A DNA stretch of 64,000 nucleotides from Cercozoa sp. M6MM (GCA_040357565.1 JBDODJ010000017.1); one strand, 5' to 3'; positions 24,832 through 37,321 are shown, counted from the first letter of the stretch. Notes: a model not told the origin generated them from the letters alone. A program made the numbers and translations.

Positions 24832-26340
24832 ATGGCATTCAGACGTGCACTAGTTTCTTCGCGCATGCTGTTGCGCAGTAGGCGCCTCATGAGTAGCGAG
24901 GCGCGCCTGATTCAGCTCAATCGCGAAGTCAGCGAGCACTTCGCTGCGTCTCGCTTTGCTGAGGCCGCTGCTAGCGCGGCGCAGGCGGTACATCCTCATG
25001 AGTGCTTTAAGTTGAGTTGCTTTGAGTTGAGTTGCTTTGATGAGTTGCTTTGAGTTGATTGAGTTGAGTTGAGTTGAGATGAGTCGCTTTGCTTTGTGCA
25101 GATTGATGTGGCGCGTGAAGAGTACGGCGAAGACCACTTTGCTTTCGCTTCGGCGGTGAACAACCTCGCTGTGGTCGTGAAGCGCGCCGGCGATCTCGAG
25201 AAAGCGCAGCCACTGATGCGCTTTGCTCTGCAGATCTACGAGAAGGTGAAAGCTTTGTTGTGAAATGAGTCGGAAAGGGAGTGAAAGCAAGTATTTCGCA
25301 GGTGCATGGACCCGAGCACCTGTCGACGGCATCGGTGCGCGCGAATCTCGCCGTGCTGCTGCGACAGCTTTGGCACGAGCGTTGCCTTCCCGTGCAGAGC
25401 GAACTCGAAAGCGAAACCGCCGAAGCTTCGCATGGCATCATTGGCTACGAACTGCTCGACGAAGCTCGCGAGGTACCTGCATGCTTCCGACTCGATTTCA
25501 ACTCATCTCAACTCAAATCTCAACTCATATCTCAACTCAAATCTCAACTCATCGCAACTCAAATCTCAACTCATCGCAACTCAAATCTCAACATCGCAAC
25601 TCAAAGCGCAACTCGAATCGCTACTATCTGTTAGCTGCTGACTCAAGCACTCAAGACGCGCGAGAAGGCGGCCGGCGAGCAAGGTGCACCAGACCACCCG
25701 CTCGTAGCCAGCACTCGTGGTCTGCTCGCCTCGGTTCTCGGCAGATTGTAGCTTCGTGCTTTCTCGCTTTCGTTTTCGCTTTCGTTTTCGCTTTCGCTTG
25801 CGCTTTTTGCTTCAAAGCTTTGTGTACACAACAGATCCCGGAGAGACGAAGCGGAGGCAGCTTTTACGTACGCGCGGCAGCAGTTCGAGCGCCACCTGCG
25901 CGAGGATGAAGCGTGAGCTTTGTTTTCGAAAAGAGCTTTGTATTTCGAAAAGCTTTGTGTTTCGAAAAGCTTTGTGTTCGAAAATAACTTTGTGTTTCGA
26001 AAATAACTTTGTGTTTCGAAAAGCGTGTGTTGCTTTGTGCAGCTCGGCCGAGTTTGGAACTTTGCTGCACAACTTCGGCGTGTTTCGGCGCGGCGAGTGC
26101 GAGGAGGGCGCCGAGCAGCTGCTGCGCGACGCGCTGACGATGCGAGCGCGCGCTGTCGGCGAGGAGCACGCCGACTTTGAAGAGACGGCCAACGCGCTGC
26201 TGCGACTGCTGCGCGAGACGGGCCAGAGCGAGAAACTCGCCAAGCTCGAGCAGCAGCTGCCGCGCCGCTGGGAGGAACCCGGCACGCTCCGGCAGACTGG
26301 CCGCATCCCGACCACTGACGTCGATGCCAGTGTTGAGTAG
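24832..26340 (+). CDS. TPR-repeat protein (kinesin-light-chain-type TPR_12), probable mitochondrial targeting (6 exons)
   Basis: MAFRRALVSSRMLLRSRRLMSS presequence; repeats YGEDHFAFASAVNNLAVV, HGPEHLSTASVRANLAVL, FGTLLHNFGVF..VGEEHADF. Confidence 0.85.
24995..25620. repeat. Intronic pentanucleotide satellites (TTGAG)n in TPR intron 1 and (CAACT/CTCAA)n in intron 3
   Basis: Directly visible at ~25010-25085 and ~25497-25615. Confidence 0.9.
25913..26042 (+). repeat. Intronic tandem array of ~17-19-nt units containing the palindrome TTTCGAAA
   Basis: Six (T)TTCGAAAA cores separated by gctttgtg/taactttgtg spacers within TPR intron 5. Confidence 0.9.
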
Positions 26341-26576
26341 TTACAGTGCTGGAGTTAAAGTTGTTCGCACAAACCCATGGACGTCGGTTGACAAAAAAAG
26401 TGTGGGCTCCCAATCCACCTTGAGTTAGGGCCTCAGTGCAACCTGGTAGAGGCCGCACTAACGCACACTGACTCTGTATTGCAACTGCTCGGCGCCGGCG
26501 GCTTATCTCGCTCTTGTTACATAAACTTAGCGCCGTCCTGTAGTCGAAACTAGGTTGAAAACTATCCTCGCTAGTC

Positions 26577-29500
26577 TTACATAAGCTTCGCGCAGTCGGG
26601 GTAGTCGAAATGCAGCTGCGCCTGGACGGGCGGCGCAGCCGAGCCGGCCTGGCCCAGCACGGCGTCGCTGAGAGTGCGCCACGCCGTGTGACACACGTCG
26701 GCCACGGTGCTCTTCCAGGACACGCTGGCTGTACCATATATCATATATCATATACACAATAAATAATATATATATATATGATATCTATAACATATAGATA
26801 TATATACATGTATAATATCTATTATATATAAATATATATATATAATGAGTTGTAGGGTATGGTACCAGAGGCATCGTCCAGCACACGCGGCGGCAGCAGC
26901 GACGGCGGCGTTCCGCACAGAGCGACGGCGGCAGGCGGCACTCCCAGCAGCGTGGCCATCACATTGACCGCGTCCACCAGGTCGCCCAGTGCGTCCACCA
27001 GGTTCAGCTCGTACGCACGTGCGCCTCTGCATTCTCAAGGGGGTATGGTGGGTGGGGGAGGAGGTGGGGGGTAAAGCTACGAGTAGACGCGGCCGCGCGC
27101 AAGCTGCTCCAACTGATCGAACGACATGTCGCGCGCCGACGCCACGCGCGACACGAATGTCTGGGAGTAACGGGGGGGGGGGGGTAAGAGGGGGGTAAGG
27201 GGGTAAGAGAGTGGCAAGGCACCTGGTACATGTCGTCGAGCATGTCCTCACGCAGCTTGACGTCGCTGTCGTCGGTGGGCTGCGTGAGCGACAGCAACGA
27301 TGCCGGTGCTCGGCCCTCCTTGGGCAGCACTGTCTCGATGCACATCGACAGGTGCTCCTCCAGCAGTCGACGCACCTTGGGAATCCCAAAGACTGCAGTA
27401 CACATCGACATCAACAGACATATAAATATAGACATGCATACAGAGACATAACATACAGAGACATAACATACATAGACATACATATATAGACATATATATA
27501 TATATATATGTATAGACATAAACATACATATCGAGACATACATACATAAACATACATAGACATACATAAACATACATAGACATACATATATAGACATACA
27601 TAGACACATGCTTGTTCAAGAAACTTACTGACGCCGATGCTGCCCGTGATTGTGTCCTCCGAGGCAACGACTGGGGGGGGGGGCCGCCCCGGGGGGCCAG
27701 AGGGGGTATGGGTAGGGTGTACTTCGATCGGCGAGCATGGAGATCCAGTAGCCGCCGCTGGCAGCAACAGCGCCCATCTGACAAACAAACCTGTTCAGTC
27801 CCAGGTACTACTGCCTACTGCCTACTGCCTGTCAGTACCTTGACAACAACCCGACAGCCTTGTCGACGCAGGTGCCACAGTTCGCGCAGCACCTCCTCCG
27901 ACGCGGCGCCACTGCCGCCCGGCGAATCGATCGACACTATCACTCCCGACGGCGCAGTCTTCCTCTGGGGGTAGGGGTAGGGATAGGGGTAGTAGGGGTA
28001 GGGGTAGGGGGCAAGAGGTAGGGCAGGTGGGGGGGGGGGGTAAAGCTACCAGCTTGCGCAACAGCGCGGCATCGCGCGCACCTTTGATTCCGCGTCCGTC
28101 GGTGCCGTCGGAGATGGCGCCAGTCAGCGTGACATGTGCCACGCTCACCTTGCCACTGAGCGATCACACCACATGTGCAACCGTTAGTGACTGAGAGGCA
28201 GAGCGATCATCTGACGGTGTGACTGGAGGGTACCTCGTGTACGCCTTGTTGTGCTCGGCGTACAGCGACAGCGCCAGTCGGTGACACACGCGCAGTGCGT
28301 TACTCAGGTGCGACATTGCTGTGTTGTACACATTCAGTCCATTTGTACATTAGTACATGTACATCAGCATATGTACACCGGTACAAATGTACACTGGTAC
28401 AGATCTACATAGACACCGGACCAAACGTACTGTCGGACTCGAGGTTGGACGCTTCTCGCACCGCCAGTCGAAGCGCATCGCCGTCGCGTCGCAGCAGCGG
28501 CCGCTCGCGGAAGAGTTCGTTCCACGACACCACGCCGTCGCACAGGCCTGCTCGCACACCAGGCAACTCGACTCAACTCAACTCAACTCAACTCAACTCA
28601 AAGCAAAGCAACTCGACTCAACTCAACTCCAAAGCAAAGCAACTCGACTCAACTCAACTCAAAGCAAAGCAATTCGACTCAACTAAAAGCAAAGCAACTC
28701 GACTCAAAGCAAAGCAAAAGCAATATACCCAGTGTGTGCAAAGCGCTGGTTTCGCCAACCGTCGCAATCTGTAGTCGTCTTTCGGCCTCCTCCTCCGACA
28801 CCTGCCACTTGAGCGCAAAGTCGCGCAGCGACGATCGGCGCAGGTCGTCCAGCAGCTCGCCGATTTGCAACCGATTCGGCTCACTCAGCTGCTTACACAA
28901 CAAAACACTCAACTCAACTCGTCTCAACTCAACTCAACTAAACTCAACGCAACTCAAAGCAACTAAGCTCAACTAAACTCAACCAAACTCAACGCAACTC
29001 AAAGTAACTCAACGCAACTCAAAGTAACTCAACTCAACTCAAAGCTCAAAAGTAAAGCAACTCAACTCTAGAAAGAGAGCGTACCGAAGTGCGAGAGAAG
29101 GTTTCAAGCGCCGACTTGAACTCGCGCCGCTGACCGACGTCGAAAACGACGCCGAGTCGCTCGAGCAGTTTGCCCTGTTGTTACACAATCAAAGCATTAA
29201 AAAAAAACAATCTCCAGAGAGACAAGGAAGCACCTTCATCCAGTACTCGGCCGACAGAGTGGTGGCAGCGATCATTCCCGCCGGTGCCAGGTAGGTCTGG
29301 GGGGGGGAGGGGGTAAAGGATAGACCGACACACACAGGGAGAAGGCAAAGCTACAGCATCGGCAGCAGTGCTGACACGCAGTGTTTTCACATCGACGAAA
29401 TGACCATGCAGAACGACGAACTTTCGACCGCCTGCATTGCTACAGCAACAACAACAACAACATGGGTCAGTTAGCTATAACAAGACGGACACAGATACAC

Positions 29501-30734
29501 AAACGTACTAGTCCGGCGTGCCACCGCGGATACGAGTGCCAGCCCAGTCCTTCACAACGAGTGCCTGCAACCAAGCGACTCTACAAGTTGACAGCTCTCT
29601 CTGCAAGACCAAATACCAGCGAGGCCAGACCAAACACCGAGCCAATACACACGGCTCCCTGTCACGCGAACAACAGAATACTGCCTCACCGAAGAATATA
29701 AATAGAAAGCACACACAGTGTACCTTGACACCACGCGCCGCCTTTTTCACAGGGTCCGTGTACAAGGCCAGTCCGAGACCTGCCATGGCCTGAAACAGCA
29801 GCACAAACTAACACATACCGAAAGCAAAAGCAACAGCAGAGCGAACCTTCAGCGCGGCAGAGAAGACGCCACTGCTGCCACGACGCGCGTCTTTTTCGCC
29901 CTTTGCATTCCATGAATAGTATTTATATTAATATGCATGTATATATATATATATGTATATAGATACAAACAAATAGAAGTTAGTGAGGCAAGGTACCCGA
30001 CGGAAGCGACGCAATGCACGCACCACCTGTGGAGATAAAGGCGAAACAACTAAACTCACACCTAAACAACAGCAGGAAAGCAACTCACCGTTGCAACCGA
30101 GGCATGCGACAGGTCGGACACGGCGCCTCGCAGCACTAGTCCGCGCACGCGCTTGTCTTGCCGAGCAGCCTCTGTTTAAGAGGGAAACCTCAGCCTACAC
30201 AAAAGTGTGTCGTTCATAACGTACCTAGGATGCGAACGAACTCGTCGACCGAAATCTCACGTGTGATCGGATCTGACAGTCGCAACAACAATCAACAAAT
30301 ACACTACCACAAGCGTCCACATACCGGTGAAAGAACTGGCAAGTTTCGCAAGCGGACTTCCTGTTTTTAAAGTACACACAACTCATATTACTCGCTCACT
30401 CAGCAAACAACAAAACTATAAGTACCGTCTTTTTCGTGTTCAATCAGTTTCGACAAGTCGAATTCGAGCACCTTTGAACGAGTCAATTTTAAACATACAC
30501 GAGTGCTTTGCACACATATGTCCCTTAAAAACGAACCGTAGCGCCGTGCACGCGTCGGTGCAAGTCGGCGCACTACACCACAGTGCAAGTGCAAAAGCAG
30601 AACTGAAACATTTTCGATATGCGCGGTGATTGATTATTTGCCAAACTTACGACATCTGCTAACAGAGAAACCAAAAGAAGCGACGAGGCAGCTCCGTGGC
30701 TGGAAATCAACCACCTGTAGGGCAGTGCCTGCAT
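26577..30734 (-). CDS. sppA: Signal peptide peptidase SppA / protease IV (peptidase S49, two-domain 67K type); 5' end uncertain
   Basis: Spliced motifs: VLEFDL; EAARQDKRVRGLVL; GKFKSALE; VAHVTLTGAISDG; IDSPGGSGAASEEV; VAASGGYWIS; TITGSIGV; FVSRVASAR..LARGRVYS; LVDALGDLVDAV. Confidence 0.9.
28565..29075. repeat. (AACTC/AAAGC)n satellites in two SppA introns
   Basis: Arrays at ~28565-28720 and ~28905-29075, using the same unit as in the neighbouring TPR gene. Confidence 0.9.
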
Positions 30735-30930
30735 CCTATCAAACTATTAGTGCAAAAGACCCAAGAAACCAAAAATATTTTTGGCTCACAGTTTCGGCTC
30801 AAGGTGAGCAAAGTCAAGCACAGCAGCTAGTCGCTGGGTGTCACTCCGCCGCGTGCATTTCAACTAATACTTGCACTCGCGTGAGTCGCTTGGCTTTTGG
30901 AAGGGACCAAAACACCAAGAGGGTTGGGAA

Positions 30931-33314
30931 ATGAGTTTCAACTTTGGGAGCTTTGGCTCCTCGCAGAACTCGGGCCAGTCGAAGCCTGCGTCCACGGTAG
31001 ACTGTGCCACATGTTGTTCTGAATCCTAACTTTCACTCAGACGGGAAAAGGCAACAACTACGCTGTTTTGTATGCGTGCAGGGCGGCTTCTCGTTCGGCT
31101 CGGGCACGAGCAGCACTGGGCAGACGGGCCAGCAGGCGAGTTCGGGCGGCTTCTCCTTCGGCTCGTCGACGAACGCTCCAGCCAGCACGGGCCAGACGCC
31201 TGCCGCGACCGGGGGTTTCTCGTTCGGTGCTCCGTCCGCCGGTACCACCGGTCAGACCACCGGTCAGACCACTGGCCAGACCACCACGGTGCTTTGAGAC
31301 TCAGAATTGTTGGGGTCTTTGATTGAAAGCTGTGTGTGTGTGTTGCAGTCGAGTTTTTCATTCGGTGCGCCGCAGACGTCGGGCAGCGCGAATGCGGCGC
31401 CTGCTGCGAAAAAAGTGACGTTTGGCGGCGTGTCAGAAGCGCCGGCGGCGTCATCGAAACCGGCCGAGAAAACCACTTCCTTCTGTACCATTTTGATTTT
31501 TTGTGGAGCACCGTGGTTGCACTTGTTTGCGAGTGCACATTTTTGGCTTTCTGGTCGCAGCTTTCGGCACTCCTGCGCCGAAGCGATCAAAGCCACCTTC
31601 GGGCTCTTTCTGTAGCTCACCGTTGTTGGAGCTTTCGTTTTTTTCACGTCTGTTTTTGTAGCCTTCGGTGCTCCTGCCGGCGGTGAGCAGAAGCAAGACA
31701 AACCGGCCGACAGCAAGCCTGCTTTCTGTAGGACGTGTTCGACCTTTCTCCTCTTCTTTTTAAACAATCTTTTGTTTCAGCTTTCGGTGCGCCTGCGTCG
31801 ACGGGAACGACGGAACAAAAACCCGAAAGCAAGCCGGCTTTCTGTATGTTTCGATTGCTTTTGTTGTGCTTGATCAAATATGGTTTTGCTTTAGCTTTTG
31901 GTGCGAGCACGGGTGCCACTGGAACCACCGGAGCTACAACTGGAACCACCGGTACTGCCACAACTGGCACGGCTGCTGGCACGGGAACTACCGGCACGGG
32001 TGCCTTCTCTTTCGGTGCTCCTACCTCGGGCACGACTGGAACCACGACTGGAACTACTGGAACTACTGGAACTACCGGTACTTCTTGGACATCTTCTCTT
32101 GTGTAACCATCAGTTTTTCAATGCAGGCGGCACGGGTGCCTTTTCGTTTGGAGCGCCCAGCACTGCCGCTACAGGTGCTTTCATAAAGTTTTGGCGTACT
32201 TTAGAACAATCAGAGATGTGTTTGAAGCAGGGAAACCAGCTGAGACGAAACCCGCCGAGCCAGAGGTTCTGCCGCTTGAGGAAGCCGAAATCGCGCGTGT
32301 CAAAAACGCCACCGTGGAGGAGATCATTTCCGAGTGGAACCGCGAACTCGATCGATACGTCGACTCCTTCCAGCAGCAATGTCTCGAAGTCGCTCGTTGG
32401 GACGAACTTCTCATCGCGCATGGCGCCAAGCTTCTCAGTGTACAGCTTTCTTTTTTTTTCATTCTTCTCATTTTTCTCGACTTCACGTGCGAAATTTGCC
32501 GTTTGCACAGCTGAAGAACCATACAGATGCCGTTCAGTACGAACAACGCAGCTTAAGAGACACTTTCCAGGTACTAACACCCTTGTCTGCTGTGTCATCT
32601 GTAGTGAAAAACTGAAAGCTTCTTGCAGTCGATCAGAGTTCAGCATCAGTCGCTCGAGTCACGCATGGACCGTCTCGAGGCTGAGGTAGAGTTGCTGACA
32701 CATTGTTTGGCTTTACACCTTCACTTTTGCTTTGTTAGGCCGATGAACTACACGCTCAGTTGCAAGGAGAGGTATTATGTGGCAATTTTACAAGATTAAT
32801 TTTTTATTAGTTTGATCGTTTTTCAGGTCCGCGCGGACGACAAACGACGCGACGAGATTTTTGCTGCCGCAGCTGCCATCGAAGCGCAGATGCTGCAGAT
32901 GCAGGATCAGTTGAGAGGTGCTGTCGAGGCACTGAACACAGCCAGGTCTTTTTAATTTTGGATAGTTTACACTTAAATAAAATTGTATATGGTGGGTGAA
33001 ACTTGCAGTGATGCGGCGGCTCAACGCAACCCGCTGGCGAAGGTGCTCAAGATCCTCAATCGACACTCGCACGCGCTCGACTTTGTTGATACCGTAAGTT
33101 TCACCTGTTTTTGCAGTTTCGTAATATATGACCACTATGTCACTCTGTCTGTGCTTGGTTGTGCAGGAGGCCGCGCAAGTGGAGACGCAACTCAACGAGG
33201 TAGCTGTTGCTGCTTTCATTTGATCTTGTGCGTGACTTACGCGTCTTTGAACAGGTGGAGCAACTGCTCAAGCTGCGCACGAGCGAGCACGTCCGACTCC
33301 TGAGCGATGACTAG
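30931..33314 (+). CDS. NUP62: FG-nucleoporin Nsp1/NUP62
   Basis: MSFNFGSFG; many GGFSFG/FSFGA repeats; Nsp1_C-type region NATVEEIISEWNRELDRYVDSFQQQCLEVARWDELLI; C-terminal PLAKVLKILNRHSHALDFVD. Confidence 0.92.
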
Positions 33315-33518
33315 CTTTCGCGCCGCAAATGGACGCTTGTGTTCGTTTTTTGGTTACTTGATGCGTTGTGGTGAACCAATTAAGTCAAACGAAAGTGAAA
33401 CCCGACAAATTCTCGACGCGATGATCGTGCCAGCAAGTGGTCATCCGCAAACCGAAACCGATTGTCGCAAAAAAGACGAAAATCGACCTCACCGACCACG
33501 CGCGTGTGTGTGTGCAGG

Positions 33519-35437
33519 ATGATGTGGGAAGAAGCACTGCCGTGGATCGGCGTATCTGTTGTGGCCGGAGCATGCCTCTATTGGTTGCAGGGGTACATTT
33601 TTTCTTTTTGTTTTGTTTCTTGAGCTTTCAGCCCTCGTCTGCATTTCAATTGCGTTTAGTGTGGCGACCAAGCCCAAACTCGTGTACCAACAAAATGACG
33701 ACAATGAAAGGCTTCTGGAACGACTTTCGTTGTTGAAGCAGTACCCTCCCCACCGATTGATTAATTTTGGGTTTTTACATCTACTCTCCAGGCGGTACTG
33801 GCCGACGTTTTGGCTCGCCAACGGACACGTGTCTACTGCATTTTCTTCATTGGAGGTTGGTGCACCTGAGGTCAACTCTGCTCCGACAATGTCATCACCT
33901 GGCTCGAGAAGAATCTATAATATAATATATAGATCAATTTCGAGAGGGAATCCGTGCCAGCAAAGGCGTTGCGGAGCACACGACACGACGGCGTTCTTGT
34001 TCTAGACTGGGCACATCCTAAAGTCGACTCCCACGGCTGTGATGGTACTTTAGAAGAAACTTCTCCTTGCTAACGACCATGAATAAATATGTCCTTTTCG
34101 GCGCAGGGACCAAGCTGGAGGCTGCTCCCATTGTTGTGCTGTGCCACGGACTCACTGGCGATTCCAACGCCTCCTACGTTCGAACTGGTACCTACGGCTA
34201 CACTTTTGTTTATGTTTGTAACTTTCTAACTGTTTAACATGCAGTGACGAAGAAACTAACGGACAGCGGCTATCGAGTGTGCGTTTTGAATGCGCGCGGA
34301 AACGCGGTGAATACGTTGCACACACCACAGTTCCACAACGCTTCGAATTCGTAGGTTCTGCCATTTGCTACTTGTTTTTTCTGTTATGAAAGTATTTTGA
34401 CACACAGAGATGACTTGCGTGTCACTTTGCACCGTGCGCGTGCGCGATTCCCAGAGGCGCCCTTGTTTGCGCTGGGCTACTCTTTGGGCGCTGCTGTGGT
34501 CGGCAACTAGTACTTCTTTCTTCCCTTCGTGTGCCTGATTTCACGAGATCTTGTGTATGATTGGGTGTGGTATTTTAGCGTGGGCGAGCAGTGCAGTCTG
34601 CACGCGCAGTGTGGCGTCACAGCTGCCGCTTGCTTGGCGCCGCCGGTGGATATGGTCGCCTGCAGCAAGTTCCTGCATGACAACTGGCTACGACGCGTGT
34701 ACTTTCACTCATTTTTGTTGTGTGTGTTGACTGTACGTTTTCGTTGTCTCAGGAGTTACTCGGGTCACCTGGCAAAAGCACTTGTCCGGATGGCCGACCA
34801 TGCTTCTGTATTCCTTGCTTTTTCTCACACTGCGAGGGGCACAACTGTTTGTTGACGTGTGGCTTAGGAATTGTTTGATCACTCCGATGCGACGCTGCGA
34901 TTGACGGGCACGCGTCGTCAAGAGGTCAGTTTATGACGTACTGTAATTTTCTTTAAAGCCACAGATGGACGTGTGTGATCGAACAGAGTCAGAAGTCGCT
35001 GCTCGCGTTCGATCGGCACGTCACTGCGCCGAACGGAGGTTTTGTGAGTGCCGGCGACTACCACCGACAGGCCTCGATGGCACGCAATGTGCCCTTCATC
35101 TCGGTGCCGACTCTCGTGCTGTGTGCCGACGATGATCCAGTGTGTGACACCCGCGGCATTCTCGAAGGTACCCCTGCTGTGTGCGTATTGCAAGCAGTAC
35201 GCTCAGACTTTTTTTAAAGATGACTTCACGGTGTCGTCTCGTGCCATTCTGGCGAGAACTGCATCTGGAGGACACTCAATGGACTGGTACCCCAGATGCA
35301 ATCATGAGTCTTTGCCTGTCACAGGAGCTTGCGATAGGCGAACTGGATGGCGAGCACGAGACGCCTGGAGTGCCGACGTTGTGTGTGAATTCTTCGACGC
35401 AGTGCTTGGTGCGTGCGCGTGTTCCTTTGTTTGTTAA
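33519..35437 (+). CDS. Alpha/beta hydrolase, ABHD1/2/3 (YheT/Eht1) family
   Basis: N-terminal TM anchor; YWPTFWLANGHVST; LDW; VVLCHGLTGDSNASYVR; VLNARG; nucleophile GYSLG; VPTLVLCADDDPVC; GGH. The 3' end may extend into 35447-35886. Confidence 0.9.
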
Positions 35438-35454
35438 AGGAAAAAACTGATGCA

Positions 35455-35886
35455 ATGGTAGAGCAAGAGGGATCAAAGCCAAAGCCGCTTGTGCCGCTTG
35501 AAGCGACTCAACTCGCTTGGCACCTGCGTTCTATGCGTGTCCTGGACGCTGACACTGACTGTGACACTGACGACGATGGCTGTAGCGGCATTGTCACCGA
35601 TCGTGACGGGAGACAGTACCGTTTGGTGCCATGCCACGCCGACAGTGATGCTAACGTCTCTGAAAACCAAGAGGCGACCACCACTGCTGCCGCTGTTTCC
35701 GACGAGAATCATCTCGAAGCTGGCGCTACTTGCGATGTCGAGGTACTTCAGTTGCGGATCTTTTTTGCGTTTTTGTATTTATTCATTTCTGCTGAACAGG
35801 AACTGACCCGCGCCTGTTCGCAGCTCTCTTCGGCGAGCGATGAGTTGCGACAGGAGCTGCTTGCGTCTAGTACTGTCTCCAACTAG
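35455..35886 (+). CDS. Short acidic hypothetical protein or C-terminal extension of the ABHD gene
   Basis: Open frame MVEQEGSKPK..DADTDCDTDDDG..DVE|ELTRAC..SN* with one GT-AG intron. Confidence 0.3.
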   Translation: MVEQEGSKPKPLVPLEATQLAWHLRSMRVLDADTDCDTDDDGCSGIVTDRDGRQYRLVPCHADSDANVSENQEATTTAAAVSDENHLEAGATCDVEVLQLRIFFAFLYLFISAEQELTRACSQLSSASDELRQELLASSTVSN

Positions 35887-37321
35887 TTTGGATACGCTCG
35901 CTAGTAGTCGATTTACTTCGTCTCTCTCGTAGTACCTTATGGATGTGCAGCTCCTTTAAAAGCTCCTCCGATCTCCACTGGTCGGACGCCTGTGTGTGCA
36001 GATGTGTATAGGTAGATACGTCTGAAATTGGACGAAGATTTTTCGACGTCAAGATCACGATGATGCGCCCGATTGAGACGTTGTCTCGTCGCAGGAGTGG
36101 CTGGAACCTGTACATTTACTCCAGCACGACGGGTCTCACAAGTAGCCTTCGCTTCAGTTTATTGAGATCAAAGTATCAAGACTCGTTTCACGCGCCGCCA
36201 ATCCGGGGGGGGGGCGGTGCTCTTGTGACCCGCACCATAAAGATGGCCAACTAACGGTTTACTCTCGACGTCTTCCGATCGCGCTGGTGGGTCACTAAGT
36301 TTAGTCGGTGAATCAGGCTGAGACTGTCACTTCGCATGCGCCGGCGGCTCGAGTAAGCGGATGTCCCCGTCGTCGTTGCAATAAACCGACCAACTTACCA
36401 TCGTCGATTGCTGGATTAAAAAATCAGCAGCATAAAAGGGTAGACTGACTCACTTAAACAAGCACCACTCATCGTGATAAATACCAGAGAGGAGATAGAG
36501 CAGAGCATGCGCTCGAAAGGAACACCGAGGAGTGGGTCATGCGAGGTATGCCATCTCGCAAGTTGCCTTGCCGCATCCAAGATAGACTCCGACAGCTGCA
36601 GCCGCTGCGCATGTGCACAGCGTAGCAGCCACGTTTCAATGCTCAGTATGAGCGGAAGCTGTAACTTCCACGTGAGTGTCACCGAGCGCAGCATCTCTGG
36701 AACCACCTCATGCACGGGCAACTCGGACGACGGGGCAGCGGCAGTCGGCCAGTGAATCAAGCGGAACTCACGCAGAACTTCCTGCAAGTTGGTCGACCAC
36801 GCTGCCATTCGATCGGCATTCTCGGGTTTTGCAAGCCAAATCAACGCATGCACGACGTGCATGTAGTTCTCTTGCGCTCGTTCGATGGAGCTGTAGCGTT
36901 TTTGCGAGCAATAGACTTCGAACAAGTACTTTGCGACCTACGCATTTGATGATGAATGCATGCACCCGATCTCACCGCATATCGATTCTTGTAAATGCAA
37001 CTAACTGTCCGGGGAAGGCGGGACAGACCATCGACACTGCTTCTTGGCTTGTCGGAACAATTACGGCGTCTCGCACCTTTTTCCGTTTTTGACTCTTGGC
37101 GACACTCATGATCTGCACGTTGATCATGAAAGTAAACCGGGGTGAAGATGGTGCTTTATCAAGGCATGTTGAATTTCAGTAAAGAGACAGTGTCTTACAT
37201 TTTCTGCCGAACTCAAATCGACTGCAGCTTTAGTTCGAAAGGCATCTGCAAAGACCGCTACCTGACGGTCAAACCTGCTGAAATCGAGCGGCAAGACCAC
37301 TCCTTCTTCCAACCGCTGCAC

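Noticed and set aside
25913-26042. CRISPR-like spaced palindromic repeats
   Set aside because: Units are 17-19 nt with near-identical spacers, lie inside a spliceosomal intron, and no cas genes are present.
26425-26525. Hairpin ggcctc...gaggcc with downstream ACA (possible H/ACA RNA)
   Set aside because: No clear H box or second hairpin; cannot be supported without a covariance search.
34795-34870. Possible GC-AG or non-canonical intron in the ABHD gene
   Set aside because: An in-phase GT donor six bases downstream explains the junction. All junctions checked in conserved genes were GT-AG.
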